Assembly: GCA_012513065.1 (NCBI GenBank)
Contig: JAAZCX010000021.1
Coordinates: 1-61,574 of the forward strand
Length of the DNA stretch: 61,574 bases
Origin: Clostridiaceae bacterium
GTDB taxonomy: Bacteria > Bacillota > Clostridia > TANB77 > CAG-508
Direction: 5' to 3'
Shown here: positions 1-10,618 of the stretch, piece by piece
Layout: each line of letters starts with the position of its first letter
Position numbering within the stretch: position 1 is the stretch's first letter
Notes under the pieces: model-generated
What the model was told of the DNA's origin: nothing
Database searches by the model: none
Seen by the model: the letters and a program-made list of their open reading frames with translations, nothing else
Program-made: the position numbers and the translations under genes

Positions 1-1
1 T

Positions 2-1783
2 AGTGAGGAATTAATTGATGAAATTAAAAATAAAAATGATATTATAGATATCATTTCGCAATATGTAGTATTAAAAAGAAGTGGTAGAAACTTTTTTGGA
101 TTATGTCCATTCCATAAAGAAAAATCACCTTCTTTTTCTGTATCTCCAGATAAACAAATATTCCATTGCTTTGGTTGTGGAATAGGAGGAGATGTATTTC
201 GTTTTGTTAGCAAAATTGAAAATATAAGTTTTAGAGAAGCAATAGAAATACTTTCTGAAAAAGCAGGGGTAGAACTTCCTTCACTAGAATCTGATGGAGA
301 TACAAAATTATTACAATTGAAATCAAAAGTTTATGAGATTAATCAAATAGCTGCAGAATTTTATCATGAAAATTTGTATAAATCAAATGCAAAATTAGCA
401 CAAGAATATGTTAAAAAAAGGAAATTAGATAATAGTACTTTGAAAAATTTTTTAATAGGATATGCTGGTACATATAATGAGTTATATACTATTTTAAAAC
501 AAAAAGGTTTTTCAGAGGAAGAAATATTAGCATCTAGTTTAGTTAATAAAACGCAAGATGGAAAATTCATTGATAGATTTAGAGGAAGATTAATGTTTCC
601 AATACAAGATGTCAGAAATAGAGTAATAGCTTTTGGAGGAAGAGTATTAGATGATAGCAAACCTAAATACATTAATTCACCTGAGAATATTGTATATAGC
701 AAAGGGAGACATCTATTTGGATTAAATGTTGCAAAAAGACAAGAAAACAAGATGAAAAAAATCATTATTGTAGAAGGATATATGGATGCAATATCATTAC
801 ATCAAAGAGGAATTCATAATGTTGTTGCATCACTTGGGACTGCAATGACAGAATCACAAGGACATTTACTTAGAAATAATGCAGAACAAGTAATTATTGG
901 ATATGACTCAGATGGAGCTGGACAAGCAGCAACTATGAGAGGACTAGAAATTTTACAAAGCATGGGATGCGACATTAGGATTTTACAAATAGAAGGAGCA
1001 AAAGATCCTGATGAATATGTAATAAAGTATGGAGCAGAAAGATTATTAAAGCAAGTAGAAAATGCAATTTCTTTAGTAGAATATAAAGTAAAAGTATTAA
1101 AGAACAATTTAAATATTGAACACCCAAATGATAAAATTAAGTTTCTAAAAGAAATAGCAAAAGTACTTTCTAAAATAGATAATGATATTGAAAGAGAAGT
1201 ATATACAGAAAAAATAGCTTCAGAGCATAATATTGCAAGAGAAGCTATATATTCAGAAATATCTAAACTAGAACATACATCTACAAATGGAAAGAAAATA
1301 CTTGAAAAAGCAAAACCAAAATTAGAAATAAAAGAAAATACAGCAATAGTAGAAGAACAAACATTAAAAAGGGAAAAATTAATTATTTATTTGTTAATTA
1401 ATTATCCAGAAGAAAGTTATAAAAGGTTAAATAATGCAATTTCAATAGAAGATATGAAAGATAAAAATAATCAAATCATAATAAAAAAAATGTATGAAGA
1501 ATTTGAAAAAGGAAATAGTAATACTAATCATATATTAAACTGTTTTGAAGATAATGAAGAAATAATTAATGAAATATCTTGGATTATGGCATATGATTTT
1601 GAAATTACAGAAATTAATAAATGTATTGATGATATTATAAATTTATATAATAAAGAAAAAGTCATCATTGAAAGAAATCAAATTATAAAACAATTAGAAT
1701 CTCAAAATTTAGCACAAGAAGAAACAAATAAATTGGAAAAAAGATTAAATGAAATTATTATACAACTAGCAAAAATGAAATAG
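2..1783 (+). CDS. dnaG: DNA primase (5' end lies outside the window)
   Basis: Frame +2 is open from base 2 (SEELIDEIKNKNDIIDIISQYVVLKRSGRNFFGLCPFHKEKSPSF...HCFGC, CHC2 zinc finger) into the listed ORF 317..1783, which has TOPRIM motifs (IIVEGYMD, YDSDGAG). Directly upstream of sigA. Confidence 0.97.
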   Translation, partial: SEELIDEIKNKNDIIDIISQYVVLKRSGRNFFGLCPFHKEKSPSFSVSPDKQIFHCFGCGIGGDVFRFVSKIENISFREAIEILSEKAGVELPSLESDGDTKLLQLKSKVYEINQIAAEFYHENLYKSNAKLAQEYVKKRKLDNSTLKNFLIGYAGTYNELYTILKQKGFSEEEILASSLVNKTQDGKFIDRFRGRLMFPIQDVRNRVIAFGGRVLDDSKPKYINSPENIVYSKGRHLFGLNVAKRQENKMKKIIIVEGYMDAISLHQRGIHNVVASLGTAMTESQGHLLRNNAEQVIIGYDSDGAGQAATMRGLEILQSMGCDIRILQIEGAKDPDEYVIKYGAERLLKQVENAISLVEYKVKVLKNNLNIEHPNDKIKFLKEIAKVLSKIDNDIEREVYTEKIASEHNIAREAIYSEISKLEHTSTNGKKILEKAKPKLEIKENTAIVEEQTLKREKLIIYLLINYPEESYKRLNNAISIEDMKDKNNQIIIKKMYEEFEKGNSNTNHILNCFEDNEEIINEISWIMAYDFEITEINKCIDDIINLYNKEKVIIERNQIIKQLESQNLAQEETNKLEKRLNEIIIQLAKMK

Positions 1784-1795
1784 GAGGGATTATCA

Positions 1796-3085
1796 GTGAA
1801 AAAAACTGAAAAATCAGAAGAAGTAGAAGAAATCAAAATAAAAAAAGCAAAAAAAGTTAAAGTTGATGAAGAAGTAAATGAAGAAGAAAAGGCAAGAAAA
1901 ACTAAAAAAGCAAATAATGAAATGAAAGATCAGATTAAAGAATCTAACAAAAAAAGTGCTAAAAACAAAGAAGAAAATAAAGAACAAGTAAAAGAAAATA
2001 GCGACGAAATTGGAAAAGATAAAGTAAAAGAAATTATAGAAAAAGCCAAAACAAAAGGAAAAATTACTTATGGTGAACTTGCAAGTGAATTAGATGAAGC
2101 AAATTCTGAACAAATTGATAAAGTTTTTGATGCTTTTGAAGATTTAGGTGTAGATATATTAAAAGATGACTTTGAAGAACCTGATATTGAAGAACTAGAA
2201 GAAGTTGAAGATATAAAATTAGAAGAAATAGATTTAAATGCAGCAGTTGATGGAGTTAATGTAGATGATCCTGTACGTATGTATTTAAGAGAAATAGGAA
2301 GAATACCTTTATTAACTTATGAAGAAGAATTAGATTTAGCACAAAAAGTATTAGATGGTGATGAAGATGCTAAACAAAAATTAGCAGAGTCAAACTTAAG
2401 ATTAGTAGTTAGTATTGCTAAAAAATATGTAGGTAGAGGAATGTTATTCTTAGATTTAATACAAGAAGGTAATATGGGACTAATAAAAGCAGTAGAGAAA
2501 TTTGATTATGCTAAGGGATTTAAATTTAGTACTTATGCTACATGGTGGATTCGTCAAGCAATAACAAGAGCTATTGCAGATCAAGCAAGAACTATTCGTA
2601 TACCAGTTCATATGGTTGAAACAATCAATAAATTAATTCGTACATCAAGACATCTATTACAACAATTAGGAAGAGAACCTACCCCAGATGAAATAGCAAA
2701 AGAAATGGAAATTCCAGTTGAAAAAGTAATGGAAATACAAAAAATTGCACAAGATCCCGTATCCTTAGAAACTCCAATAGGAGAAGAAGACGATAGCCAT
2801 TTAGGAGATTTTATTCAAGATGATGATAGTCCAGCACCACAAGATTCTGCAGCATATACTTTATTAAAAGAACAATTAGAAGAAGTAATGGAAACATTAA
2901 CACCAAGAGAAGCAAAAGTATTAAAATTAAGATTTGGTTTAAAAGATGGAAAAGCACGCACTTTGGAAGAAGTAGGAAAAGAATTCATGGTAACAAGAGA
3001 AAGAATTCGTCAAATAGAAGCAAAAGCATTAAGAAAATTAAGACATCCAAGTAGAAGTAAAAAATTAAGAGATTATATGAATTAA
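1796..3085 (+). CDS. sigA: Primary RNA polymerase sigma factor SigA/RpoD with a long Lys/Glu-rich N-terminus
   Basis: [67 protein letters not shown] start after GGAGGG. Confidence 0.98.
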   Translation: MKKTEKSEEVEEIKIKKAKKVKVDEEVNEEEKARKTKKANNEMKDQIKESNKKSAKNKEENKEQVKENSDEIGKDKVKEIIEKAKTKGKITYGELASELDEANSEQIDKVFDAFEDLGVDILKDDFEEPDIEELEEVEDIKLEEIDLNAAVDGVNVDDPVRMYLREIGRIPLLTYEEELDLAQKVLDGDEDAKQKLAESNLRLVVSIAKKYVGRGMLFLDLIQEGNMGLIKAVEKFDYAKGFKFSTYATWWIRQAITRAIADQARTIRIPVHMVETINKLIRTSRHLLQQLGREPTPDEIAKEMEIPVEKVMEIQKIAQDPVSLETPIGEEDDSHLGDFIQDDDSPAPQDSAAYTLLKEQLEEVMETLTPREAKVLKLRFGLKDGKARTLEEVGKEFMVTRERIRQIEAKALRKLRHPSRSKKLRDYMN

Positions 3086-3097
3086 AATATTAAAAAT

Positions 3098-3128
3098 AAA
3101 AAAACTAGGATTTTTTCCTAGTTTTTTT
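3098..3128 (+). terminator. Intrinsic terminator after sigA
   Basis: AAAAAAACTAGGA-TTTTT-TCCTAGTTTTTTT hairpin with A and T tracts. Confidence 0.85.
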
Positions 3129-3172
3129 AGTAGCCACGGTGAGATTCGAACTTACGACCTGCCGGGTATGAA
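3128..3172 (-). repeat. att-like duplicate of the 3' half of tRNA-Met
   Basis: tagtagccacggtgagattcgaacttacgacctgccgggtatgaa vs tggtagcgacggtgagattcgaacttacgacctgccgggtatgaa at 4033. Confidence 0.92.
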
Positions 3173-3425
3173 TAAATAAAATTAATAATTAAAGATGTTT
3201 AAAAATAGAATATAAAAATTAAGTAAAATTGTAGAAATTTGATATTAAACGAATAAATAGAATAAGAGATATTTATTATTTGGGGATTTGATAGAAATTT
3301 AATATTATTAGTTTAAAGTTTTACTTTGGATTTTGGGAAAATTAATAAATTAATTATATTAATATAAAGTTTTAAATAATATGTAAAATTTTAATAAAAA
3401 TAAAAAAAGACTTCTAATAAAGTCT

Positions 3426-3674
3426 TTATTTTTTTCTTGGATATGGTTTTTTTTCGTTTGTTCTTTCAACTATATAATCTATACTTGTATTATAAAAATC
3501 TGCTAATATTTTTATTTTTTCAATTGGAAATTCTCTTATTCCACTTTCATAAAGTCCATATTGTTGTCTTGTTATATTTAAAGTAATAGCAATTTGTTTT
3601 TGAAGTAAATCGTTATCTTCTCTTAATTCTTTAATTCTTTTATATATTTTTATCACCCTATAAAATTTTATCAT
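3426..3674 (-). CDS. XRE/Cro-C1 family helix-turn-helix regulator
   Basis: RIKELREDNDLLQKQIA...ITRQQYGLYESGIRE...LADFYNTSIDYIV. Start may be the GTG at 3656. Confidence 0.88.
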   Translation of the reverse strand: MIKFYRVIKIYKRIKELREDNDLLQKQIAITLNITRQQYGLYESGIREFPIEKIKILADFYNTSIDYIVERTNEKKPYPRKK

Positions 3675-3725
3675 GCATTTGAATAAATTCTCTTAACAAG
3701 CATTTAATTGAATTCTATAATTTAA

Positions 3726-4010
3726 AATATAAGTGGTGATAAGGCTACAAAAAATACTATTAGCTTGATTTTTAGAAGAATAAGAAAAAAAGTAAAATTT
3801 AGTATACATCCACATTTATTGCGACATACATTTGCTACAATGTTTTTAATTAATGGGGGAGATATAGCAAATTTACAAATAATTTTAGGGCATACAACAT
3901 TAAATATGGTTCTAAATTACTTACATTTAGCCAACGAAATGAATATGTGTTCACAAGTTAGATTTACTCCACTTGCAAACGTGCAAAATCTGTATAGTCA
4001 AAAAAAATAA
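3726..4010 (+). pseudogene. C-terminal fragment of a tyrosine recombinase/integrase
   Basis: HPHLLRHTFAT...LQIILGH...VLNYLHL gives the H-x-x-R, H and Y catalytic residues. The frame opens only at 3726, so the first catalytic Arg and the N-terminal domains are missing. Confidence 0.85.
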
Positions 4011-4032
4011 CTAGCAAATGCTAGTTTTACAA

Positions 4033-4109
4033 TGGTAGCGACGGTGAGATTCGAACTTACGACCTGCCGGGTATGAACCGGATGCTCTAGCCAACTGAGC
4101 TACGTCGCC
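4033..4109 (-). tRNA. tRNA-Met (CAT), elongator type
   Basis: GGCGACGTAGCTCAGTTGGCTAGAGCATCCGGTTCATACCCGGCAGGTCGTAAGTTCGAATCTCACCGTCGCTACCA folds as a cloverleaf with encoded CCA and resembles Firmicutes elongator tRNA-Met. Confidence 0.93.
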
Positions 4110-4204
4110 ATATATAAATAAGACAAGTATTATTATAATTGCATTTTTGTATTTTGTCAAGAAAAAAAGAACAATTTTTATAAATTGTTCTTTTATATAT
4201 TAAA

Positions 4205-4570
4205 TTATCTATCAAGTTCATCATTATTTTTGAAAAAATAAATATTTCTTTCAGAAGTTTCAATATTTTTGCTTGATGGTTCAATTTTAGATATTGTTTT
4301 TTTTGTGATAGTAGAAGACTTTTTTAAATTTGATTGTTTAGGTGCACTAATTACGCCAATATTTGATACGTAATCTGATGCATTTTTATCTAAAGATTTT
4401 TGACTTTTAATTAATTCTTCTATAATTTTTGAATTATCAAAATCTGAAAATGATTCAAGACTTTCTTTTTGATCATCAGTATTATCTGCAACTAAAATAG
4501 AACGAAGTCCTTCAAAGGTTTCTCGCATTCTAGAAAGTATTGAGTTTGATTTAATAATTGCTTTTTTCAT
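4205..4570 (-). CDS. Hypothetical protein (Ser/Lys-rich)
   Basis: 121-aa ORF with GGAGGC upstream. No recognisable motif. Confidence 0.6.
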   Translation of the reverse strand: MKKAIIKSNSILSRMRETFEGLRSILVADNTDDQKESLESFSDFDNSKIIEELIKSQKSLDKNASDYVSNIGVISAPKQSNLKKSSTITKKTISKIEPSSKNIETSERNIYFFKNNDELDR

Positions 4571-4688
4571 AATTTTTTTTCTTAGTAATAAAACTAAGAT
4601 AGCCTCCTAACATTATGGTTCTTTTATAACATAATATAATAATACCACAAACTAATAAAAAAATCAATATGAAATATTAAAAAATAAG

Positions 4689-4916
4689 TTAATCCATTCT
4701 TCTGTCGGGTCTTCCTTCTTTTCCGGTTAATTTTTCAAATTCTCTACATTTGATTTTGTATTCCAAAGCTTGTGTCAAATATCTATAATACATATATCCT
4801 TGCTCATATTGAAAAACAGGATTAAATGCATTATCTGTTATATTTGGATCAAAATTATCATAAGGAGGATAACCATAAAAACCATTAAAATTTGAGTAAT
4901 CTGTATTTCTTTCCAT
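4689..4916 (-). CDS. Small Tyr-rich hypothetical protein, possibly sporulation-related
   Basis: 75-aa ORF with AGAGG RBS and a SigE-like promoter upstream. Confidence 0.65.
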   Translation of the reverse strand: MERNTDYSNFNGFYGYPPYDNFDPNITDNAFNPVFQYEQGYMYYRYLTQALEYKIKCREFEKLTGKEGRPDRRMD

Positions 4917-4947
4917 ATGTAAAACCTCTTTCTATATATAATAGTTA

Positions 4948-4976
4948 ATAATATGAAAAATAATTCATTATTATGC
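4948..4976 (-). promoter_or_regulatory. SigE-like sporulation promoter
   Basis: Minus strand GCATAAT-N14-CATATTAT matches the SigE consensus boxes and spacing. Confidence 0.5.
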
Positions 4977-4981
4977 AAAAA

Positions 4982-6049
4982 TCATAAATTTAAATTAAAA
5001 ATAGGAAATGAATATATAAAAATTAATGTATAAAATGCAGCAAATAGTCCATGTAGTAATTTTCCATAAATATACGGTTTTATTGAAATTCTAGATTTTG
5101 CAATTATACTATTAACTTGTAACAAAACTGATATTCCACCAAAACCTAATAAAAATGATGATAAAACAATATTTGTAGAAATTAATTTAGATGGAATATT
5201 TATAAGTTGCAATAATCCATTTGTAAGTTCAAAACATCCAGATATAAAAGATGTAGTAAATTCAAAATCTTTAATTCCTAAAAAATTAAAAATTGGAAAT
5301 AAGAATTTTCCTAACAATATTAAAAAGTTAGAATTTTTAAGAATTGATAAAATTACACTAAAAAGTACTACAAATCCGCCAATCATAACAATAGTTTTAA
5401 CTGACGAAATAATACTTTTGCTTAATATGTCACCCAAATTAGAAAAGCATATGTTATCAGTTTTTATATTACTGTAATTATATTTATTTATATTATAATG
5501 TGAATTACTATTAATTTTCCAAAATCTAAAAACAATACCAACACTAATACATGATAATATATGAGTAATTAAAAGTAGAAATCCTATTTGCGTATTACCA
5601 AATAAGCTAATGCCAACTGTTCCTAAAATAAATAAAGGACCAGAGTTATTGGTAAAAGCTAAAAGTCTTTCAGATTCTTCATTTGAACAAAGTCCATTTT
5701 TATTTAAATCAACTACAATTTTTGCTCCTGTAGGATAACCACTAATTATTCCCATTATAAGAGCATAACTACCAACTCCAGGAACATTAAAGACAGGTTT
5801 CATAATAGGATTTAATATTTTTCCTAATTTTGTAATTACATTAGTATAACTAAGTAATTCTGTAGCAATGAAAAATGGTAGTAGTGAAGGAACAATATTA
5901 TTTGCCCATAATAATAATCCACTTTTGCTTGCCACTAAATTGCTTTTAGAGAATATAACAAGAAAAAATATAAATAAACAAAATATCATAGGTAATATAT
6001 TTCTTTTTATTGATAAAAAGATGAATTTAGTTTTTGATTTCATAGACAT
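4982..6049 (-). CDS. ylbJ: Sporulation integral membrane protein YlbJ
   Basis: GLLLWANNIVPSLLPFF, GIISGYPTGAK, FTNNSGPLFILG, SGCFELTNG; multi-TM. Confidence 0.85.
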   Translation of the reverse strand: MSMKSKTKFIFLSIKRNILPMIFCLFIFFLVIFSKSNLVASKSGLLLWANNIVPSLLPFFIATELLSYTNVITKLGKILNPIMKPVFNVPGVGSYALIMGIISGYPTGAKIVVDLNKNGLCSNEESERLLAFTNNSGPLFILGTVGISLFGNTQIGFLLLITHILSCISVGIVFRFWKINSNSHYNINKYNYSNIKTDNICFSNLGDILSKSIISSVKTIVMIGGFVVLFSVILSILKNSNFLILLGKFLFPIFNFLGIKDFEFTTSFISGCFELTNGLLQLINIPSKLISTNIVLSSFLLGFGGISVLLQVNSIIAKSRISIKPYIYGKLLHGLFAAFYTLIFIYSFPIFNLNL

Positions 6050-6187
6050 ACCTCTTTATAATATAGATATTAAAATAAAACTAAAATATGAGTTTTGAAT
6101 AAAATATTAATAATATAAAATTATAACTATTGTTAAAATAAAAAAAACGGTATATAATATATAAAACAAAAATGAGGAGATAACAAA

Positions 6188-9100
6188 ATGAATGAGATAA
6201 TATCTGACTTACAAAAACTCCCAAAGTTTCAAGAATATGTACAAGAAATAAAAGAAAAAAAAGGCCCGGTAACAATATCGGGTCTATCTGACGTGGGAAA
6301 AATACAGTTTATTTGTGCGACAAAACAAGAAATAAATCAGCCAATTTGTATTGTAACTTATAATGAAATACAAGCAAGAAAAATAATAGAAGATTTAAAA
6401 TATTTTTCTAAAGATTTTGAAGAAATATATTATTTTCCTAAAAGAGAAATAGTAACTTATGATTATATAGCAGAAAGTAAGGATTTACCATACGAAAGAA
6501 TAGAAGTTTTAAATAAAATTCAAAAGAAAAACGCAAAAGTTATTGTAACAACAATAGAAGCTATTATGCAAAAAATGATAACAAAAACTACTTTGTATAA
6601 AAACAAAATAACATTAGAAATAGGAAAAAATTATAATATAGAAGATATAAAACAAAAATTAGTATCATTAGGTTATGAAAGAAACGACTTAGTAGAGAAT
6701 AAAGGCCAATTTAGTGTGCGAGGAGATATTATAGATGTTGCTATTTCTGAAAAAGAAGGAATTCGTGTTGAATTTTGGGGAGATGAAATTGATTCAATTA
6801 GAAAATTTTATTTATCTTCTCAACGTTCTAGTGATATGGAAAATAAAATAGAAATAATGCCAGCACACGAATTTGTTTTAGAAGAAGATTTAAATACGAT
6901 TATTAAAAAAATAAAAAATGATAATATAGATTTAAAAAGAGAAATAGAAAATAAAATTGAAACAAAGCAAAAGACAGGGTATATAGAAGCTTTGAAAGAA
7001 ATAAAAGAAAAAGATATAGAAATAATAGAAGAAGAAAATTACATTAGTAAAGTAGATAAATATTTTGATTATTTTTATAAAAAACAATCTAATTTTTTTG
7101 ATTATTTACAAAATGATTTTATTATCTTATTTGACGAATTTTCTAAAATAAAACAAAGAGAAGAAAATATCATTATTGAAAATCGTAATTTAATAAAAAC
7201 ATTAATAGAAAAACAAAAATATATACCACAAGCAATTCAAGAAATTAACAAAATAGAATATACAAATGAAAATAAGCAAATAATATATTTAGAAAAGCAG
7301 GACTTTGGGTTAACAAAGTCATCAAGTATAAAATATATTTTTAATTATAGAGATGTAAAATATTATAAAAGTGAAATAGAAATTTTATTAGAAGATATCA
7401 AAAAATGGCAAAATAGCAAAAAACAAGTTATTATATTAGCGGGAAATAAAGAAGAAACAGAAAAGTTTTCTAAATTATTACAAGATAAAGATATAAATTA
7501 TACAATTAGGGATATAAAAAACAATATAAAAGCAGAAGAAAAAAATAAAGAAAATTGGCAAGTAATATTAGACACTGGTAAATTAAGCTCTGGTTTTGAA
7601 AGTTATGATTTGAATTTAATAGTAGTAACAGGTGAAGAACTTTTCTTATCATCTTTAAAAAACAAAAGGAAAGTAAGTCAAGGATTTAAACAAGGAGAAA
7701 AAGTAGTATTTGCAGATTTAAAAGTTGGAGATTATGTTGTTCATAAGAGCCATGGAATAGGACAATTTATAGGTGTAAATACATTAAAAGCAGATGGAAT
7801 AATAAAAGATTATATAAAACTTAGATATAGTAATGATGATATGTTATATATTCCTACAAATGATTTAGACAATATAAGAAAATATATTGGAGGAAGAGAA
7901 TCATCGCCTAAAATAAATAAATTAGGTGGAAAAGAGTGGGAAAATACAAAACAAAGAGTTAAAAACAATTTAAAAGAAGTGGCTAGAGATCTAATGGAAT
8001 TATATGCTAAAAGGCAAAAAATAAAAGGTTTTTCTTTTTCAAAAGATACAGATTGGCAAAGACAATTTGAAGATGATTTTCCATATGTAGAAACAGATGA
8101 TCAACTTCGTTGTATAGAAGAAACGAAAAAAGATATGGAAGATGTAAAACCTATGGATAGACTTCTTTGTGGAGATGTTGGCTATGGAAAAACTGAAGTT
8201 GCAATAAGAGCAGCGTTTAAAGCTATAATGGATCAAAAACAAGTAGCATATTTGGTTCCAACTACAGTACTTGCAAATCAACAATATGAAACATTTAAAT
8301 CTAGAATGGAGAATTTTGCAATAAGAGTAGAATTACTTAATCGTTTTAGAACAAAAAAACAGCAAGATGAAATTGTACGAAAACTTAAATTAGGAGAAAT
8401 AGATGTTGTTATAGGAACACATAGAATATTAAGCAAAGATGTAGAATTTAAAGATTTGGGATTACTTATTATTGACGAAGAACATCGTTTTGGAGTGAAA
8501 GATAAAGAAAAAATCAAAAAATATAAAACAAATATAGATGTTTTAACAATGACAGCAACTCCAATACCAAGAACACTTCACATGTCAATAGTTGGAGTAA
8601 GAGATATGTCTGTTATATATGAACCACCACAAAATAGAAGACCTGTACAAACTTATGTGCTAGAATATGATGAAGAAGTTATAAAAGAAGCAATAACAAA
8701 AGAATTGGAAAGAAAAGGACAAGTATTTTATTTATTTAACAAAGTTGAAGGAATAGAAAAGAAAGCAATACAAATTGAAAATTTAGTTCCTGAAGCAAAA
8801 GTCGCATATGCACATGGAAAAATGTCTGGAACAGAATTAGAAGAAATGATGATGGAATTTGTTAAAGGAGAAATCAATGTTTTAGTATGTACAACTATAT
8901 TAGAATCTGGAATTGATATTCCTAATGCAAATACTATTATAGTAGAAAATGCAGATAGATTAGGATTAGCACAATTATATCAAATAAGAGGTAGAGTTGG
9001 TAGAGCTGATAAACAAGCATATGCATATATTACGTATAAAAGAGACAAAATATTAACAGAAGTTGCAGATAAAAGACTAAAAGCTATTAAAGAATTCACA

Positions 9101-9712
9101 GAATTTGGGTCAGGATTTAAAATTGCAATGCGTGATTTAGAAATAAGAGGAGCAGGAAGTCTTTTGGGAGAAATCCAACATGGACATATGGAAGAAGTAG
9201 GATATGATACATATTGTAAATTATTAGATGAAGTGTTAAAAGAAATGCAAGGAATCGAAACAATAGAAGAACAAGATGTACAAATTGATTTAACAATATC
9301 ATCATATATACCAGAAGAATATATTGAAAATAGTAGTCAAAAGATTGAAATTTATCAAGATATTGCATTATGTAGAAGTGATGAAGATATTCAAAATGTA
9401 ACAGATGAAATAATAGATAGATATGGTCAAATGCCAATAGAAATTGAGAATCTACTTAAAATAGCAACAATTAAAAATTTGGCAAGAAAAGCAAATATAT
9501 TAAAAATTGCTCAAAAAAGAGATGGAATTGTATTTTTATATGATATAAATAAATTTGATATGTCTTTAGTAGATATATTGTTAAAAAATTATAATAGAAG
9601 AGTTCGATTTTCACCAGGAAGAGAACCATATATAACTTTTATGTTACAAGGAAAAAATGATAAAGAAAAATTAAAAGAGATTGAGAATTTTTTATTAGAT
9701 AATATAAAATAA
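6188..9712 (+). CDS. mfd: Transcription-repair coupling factor
   Basis: CarD-like domain, DRLLCGDVGYGKTEVA, DEEHRFGV, TATPIPRTL, QIRGRVGR, TRCF C-terminus. Confidence 0.98.
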   Translation: MNEIISDLQKLPKFQEYVQEIKEKKGPVTISGLSDVGKIQFICATKQEINQPICIVTYNEIQARKIIEDLKYFSKDFEEIYYFPKREIVTYDYIAESKDLPYERIEVLNKIQKKNAKVIVTTIEAIMQKMITKTTLYKNKITLEIGKNYNIEDIKQKLVSLGYERNDLVENKGQFSVRGDIIDVAISEKEGIRVEFWGDEIDSIRKFYLSSQRSSDMENKIEIMPAHEFVLEEDLNTIIKKIKNDNIDLKREIENKIETKQKTGYIEALKEIKEKDIEIIEEENYISKVDKYFDYFYKKQSNFFDYLQNDFIILFDEFSKIKQREENIIIENRNLIKTLIEKQKYIPQAIQEINKIEYTNENKQIIYLEKQDFGLTKSSSIKYIFNYRDVKYYKSEIEILLEDIKKWQNSKKQVIILAGNKEETEKFSKLLQDKDINYTIRDIKNNIKAEEKNKENWQVILDTGKLSSGFESYDLNLIVVTGEELFLSSLKNKRKVSQGFKQGEKVVFADLKVGDYVVHKSHGIGQFIGVNTLKADGIIKDYIKLRYSNDDMLYIPTNDLDNIRKYIGGRESSPKINKLGGKEWENTKQRVKNNLKEVARDLMELYAKRQKIKGFSFSKDTDWQRQFEDDFPYVETDDQLRCIEETKKDMEDVKPMDRLLCGDVGYGKTEVAIRAAFKAIMDQKQVAYLVPTTVLANQQYETFKSRMENFAIRVELLNRFRTKKQQDEIVRKLKLGEIDVVIGTHRILSKDVEFKDLGLLIIDEEHRFGVKDKEKIKKYKTNIDVLTMTATPIPRTLHMSIVGVRDMSVIYEPPQNRRPVQTYVLEYDEEVIKEAITKELERKGQVFYLFNKVEGIEKKAIQIENLVPEAKVAYAHGKMSGTELEEMMMEFVKGEINVLVCTTILESGIDIPNANTIIVENADRLGLAQLYQIRGRVGRADKQAYAYITYKRDKILTEVADKRLKAIKEFTEFGSGFKIAMRDLEIRGAGSLLGEIQHGHMEEVGYDTYCKLLDEVLKEMQGIETIEEQDVQIDLTISSYIPEEYIENSSQKIEIYQDIALCRSDEDIQNVTDEIIDRYGQMPIEIENLLKIATIKNLARKANILKIAQKRDGIVFLYDINKFDMSLVDILLKNYNRRVRFSPGREPYITFMLQGKNDKEKLKEIENFLLDNIK

Positions 9713-9738
9713 TTTATTAAAATTGATAGGAGAGAAAA

Positions 9739-10527
9739 GTGCAAGTTATTACAAGTAAAGAAAATGAAATGATAAAAAATATTAAGAAATTAAAAGAAAA
9801 AAAATATAGAGATCAAGAAAACAAATTTATTGTTGAAGGAATAAAAATGGTTCAAGAAGCTATTTTGGAACAAGCTAGTATAGATAAAATTGTTATATGT
9901 GAAGATTGCATAAATGATGGAACAATAGAACAAGAATTACTATATGAAATAGCTAAAAAAGATTGCATATATGTTTCTGAGAAAGTTTTTGAAAGTATAA
10001 CAGATGTGACTAATCCACAAGGTATTTTAGCTATTATTAATAAGCAGAATGCTGAAGAACAAATAAATTATAATGAAGATATTATAGTTGTATTAGACGG
10101 AATTCAAGATCCAGGAAATTTAGGAACAATATTAAGAACAATTGATAGTGTTGGATTAACACAAGTAATATTATCAGAAAACACTGCAGATTCATATAAT
10201 CCTAAAGTAGTTCGTTCTACTATGGGTGCAATTTACAGAGTAAAGATATTAAAAACTAACAATATAATTGAAACATTAAAAAATGTACAAAAGAATAAAT
10301 ATAAAGTCATCTCAACATCTTTACAAACAGATAAAAGTATTTACGATATTGAATATAAAAAATTAGCTATAGTAATAGGAAATGAAGCAAATGGCGTATC
10401 TGAAGAAGTATTAAAATTATCAGATGCAAAAATAAAAATTCCAATGCTTGGGAAAACAGAAAGTTTAAATGCTGCTGTAGCAACAGGTGTTATTTTATAT
10501 GAATATGTTAGAAATAAGATTAATTAA
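9739..10527 (+). CDS. TrmH/SpoU family RNA methyltransferase
   Basis: LDGIQDPGNLGTILRT, IVIGNEANG, IPMLGKTESLNAAVA. Confidence 0.93.
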   Translation: MQVITSKENEMIKNIKKLKEKKYRDQENKFIVEGIKMVQEAILEQASIDKIVICEDCINDGTIEQELLYEIAKKDCIYVSEKVFESITDVTNPQGILAIINKQNAEEQINYNEDIIVVLDGIQDPGNLGTILRTIDSVGLTQVILSENTADSYNPKVVRSTMGAIYRVKILKTNNIIETLKNVQKNKYKVISTSLQTDKSIYDIEYKKLAIVIGNEANGVSEEVLKLSDAKIKIPMLGKTESLNAAVATGVILYEYVRNKIN

Positions 10528-10618
10528 TAATATTAAATATCAAAAAACAAAAAAGTAAATAAAAATAAAATCCAAAATTTAAGTATTTTATACTCTGAAT
10601 TTTGGATTTTTATTTTAA

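Larger units (their letters stand above)
3128..4077. mobile_element. Degenerate integrative islet in tRNA-Met (att repeat, XRE regulator, tyrosine-integrase fragment)
   Basis: 45-bp direct repeat (3128-3172 vs 4033-4077, 43/45 identical) matching the tRNA 3' half up to the anticodon loop. It encloses an HTH gene and an integrase C-terminus. Confidence 0.85.

Noticed and set aside
1796-2030. Low-complexity Lys/Glu N-terminal extension of SigA
   Set aside because: No discrete repeat unit; variable charged N-termini are common in primary sigma factors.
4087-4284. 65-aa minus-strand ORF overlapping tRNA-Met
   Set aside because: It overlaps the tRNA and its promoter and has no coding features.
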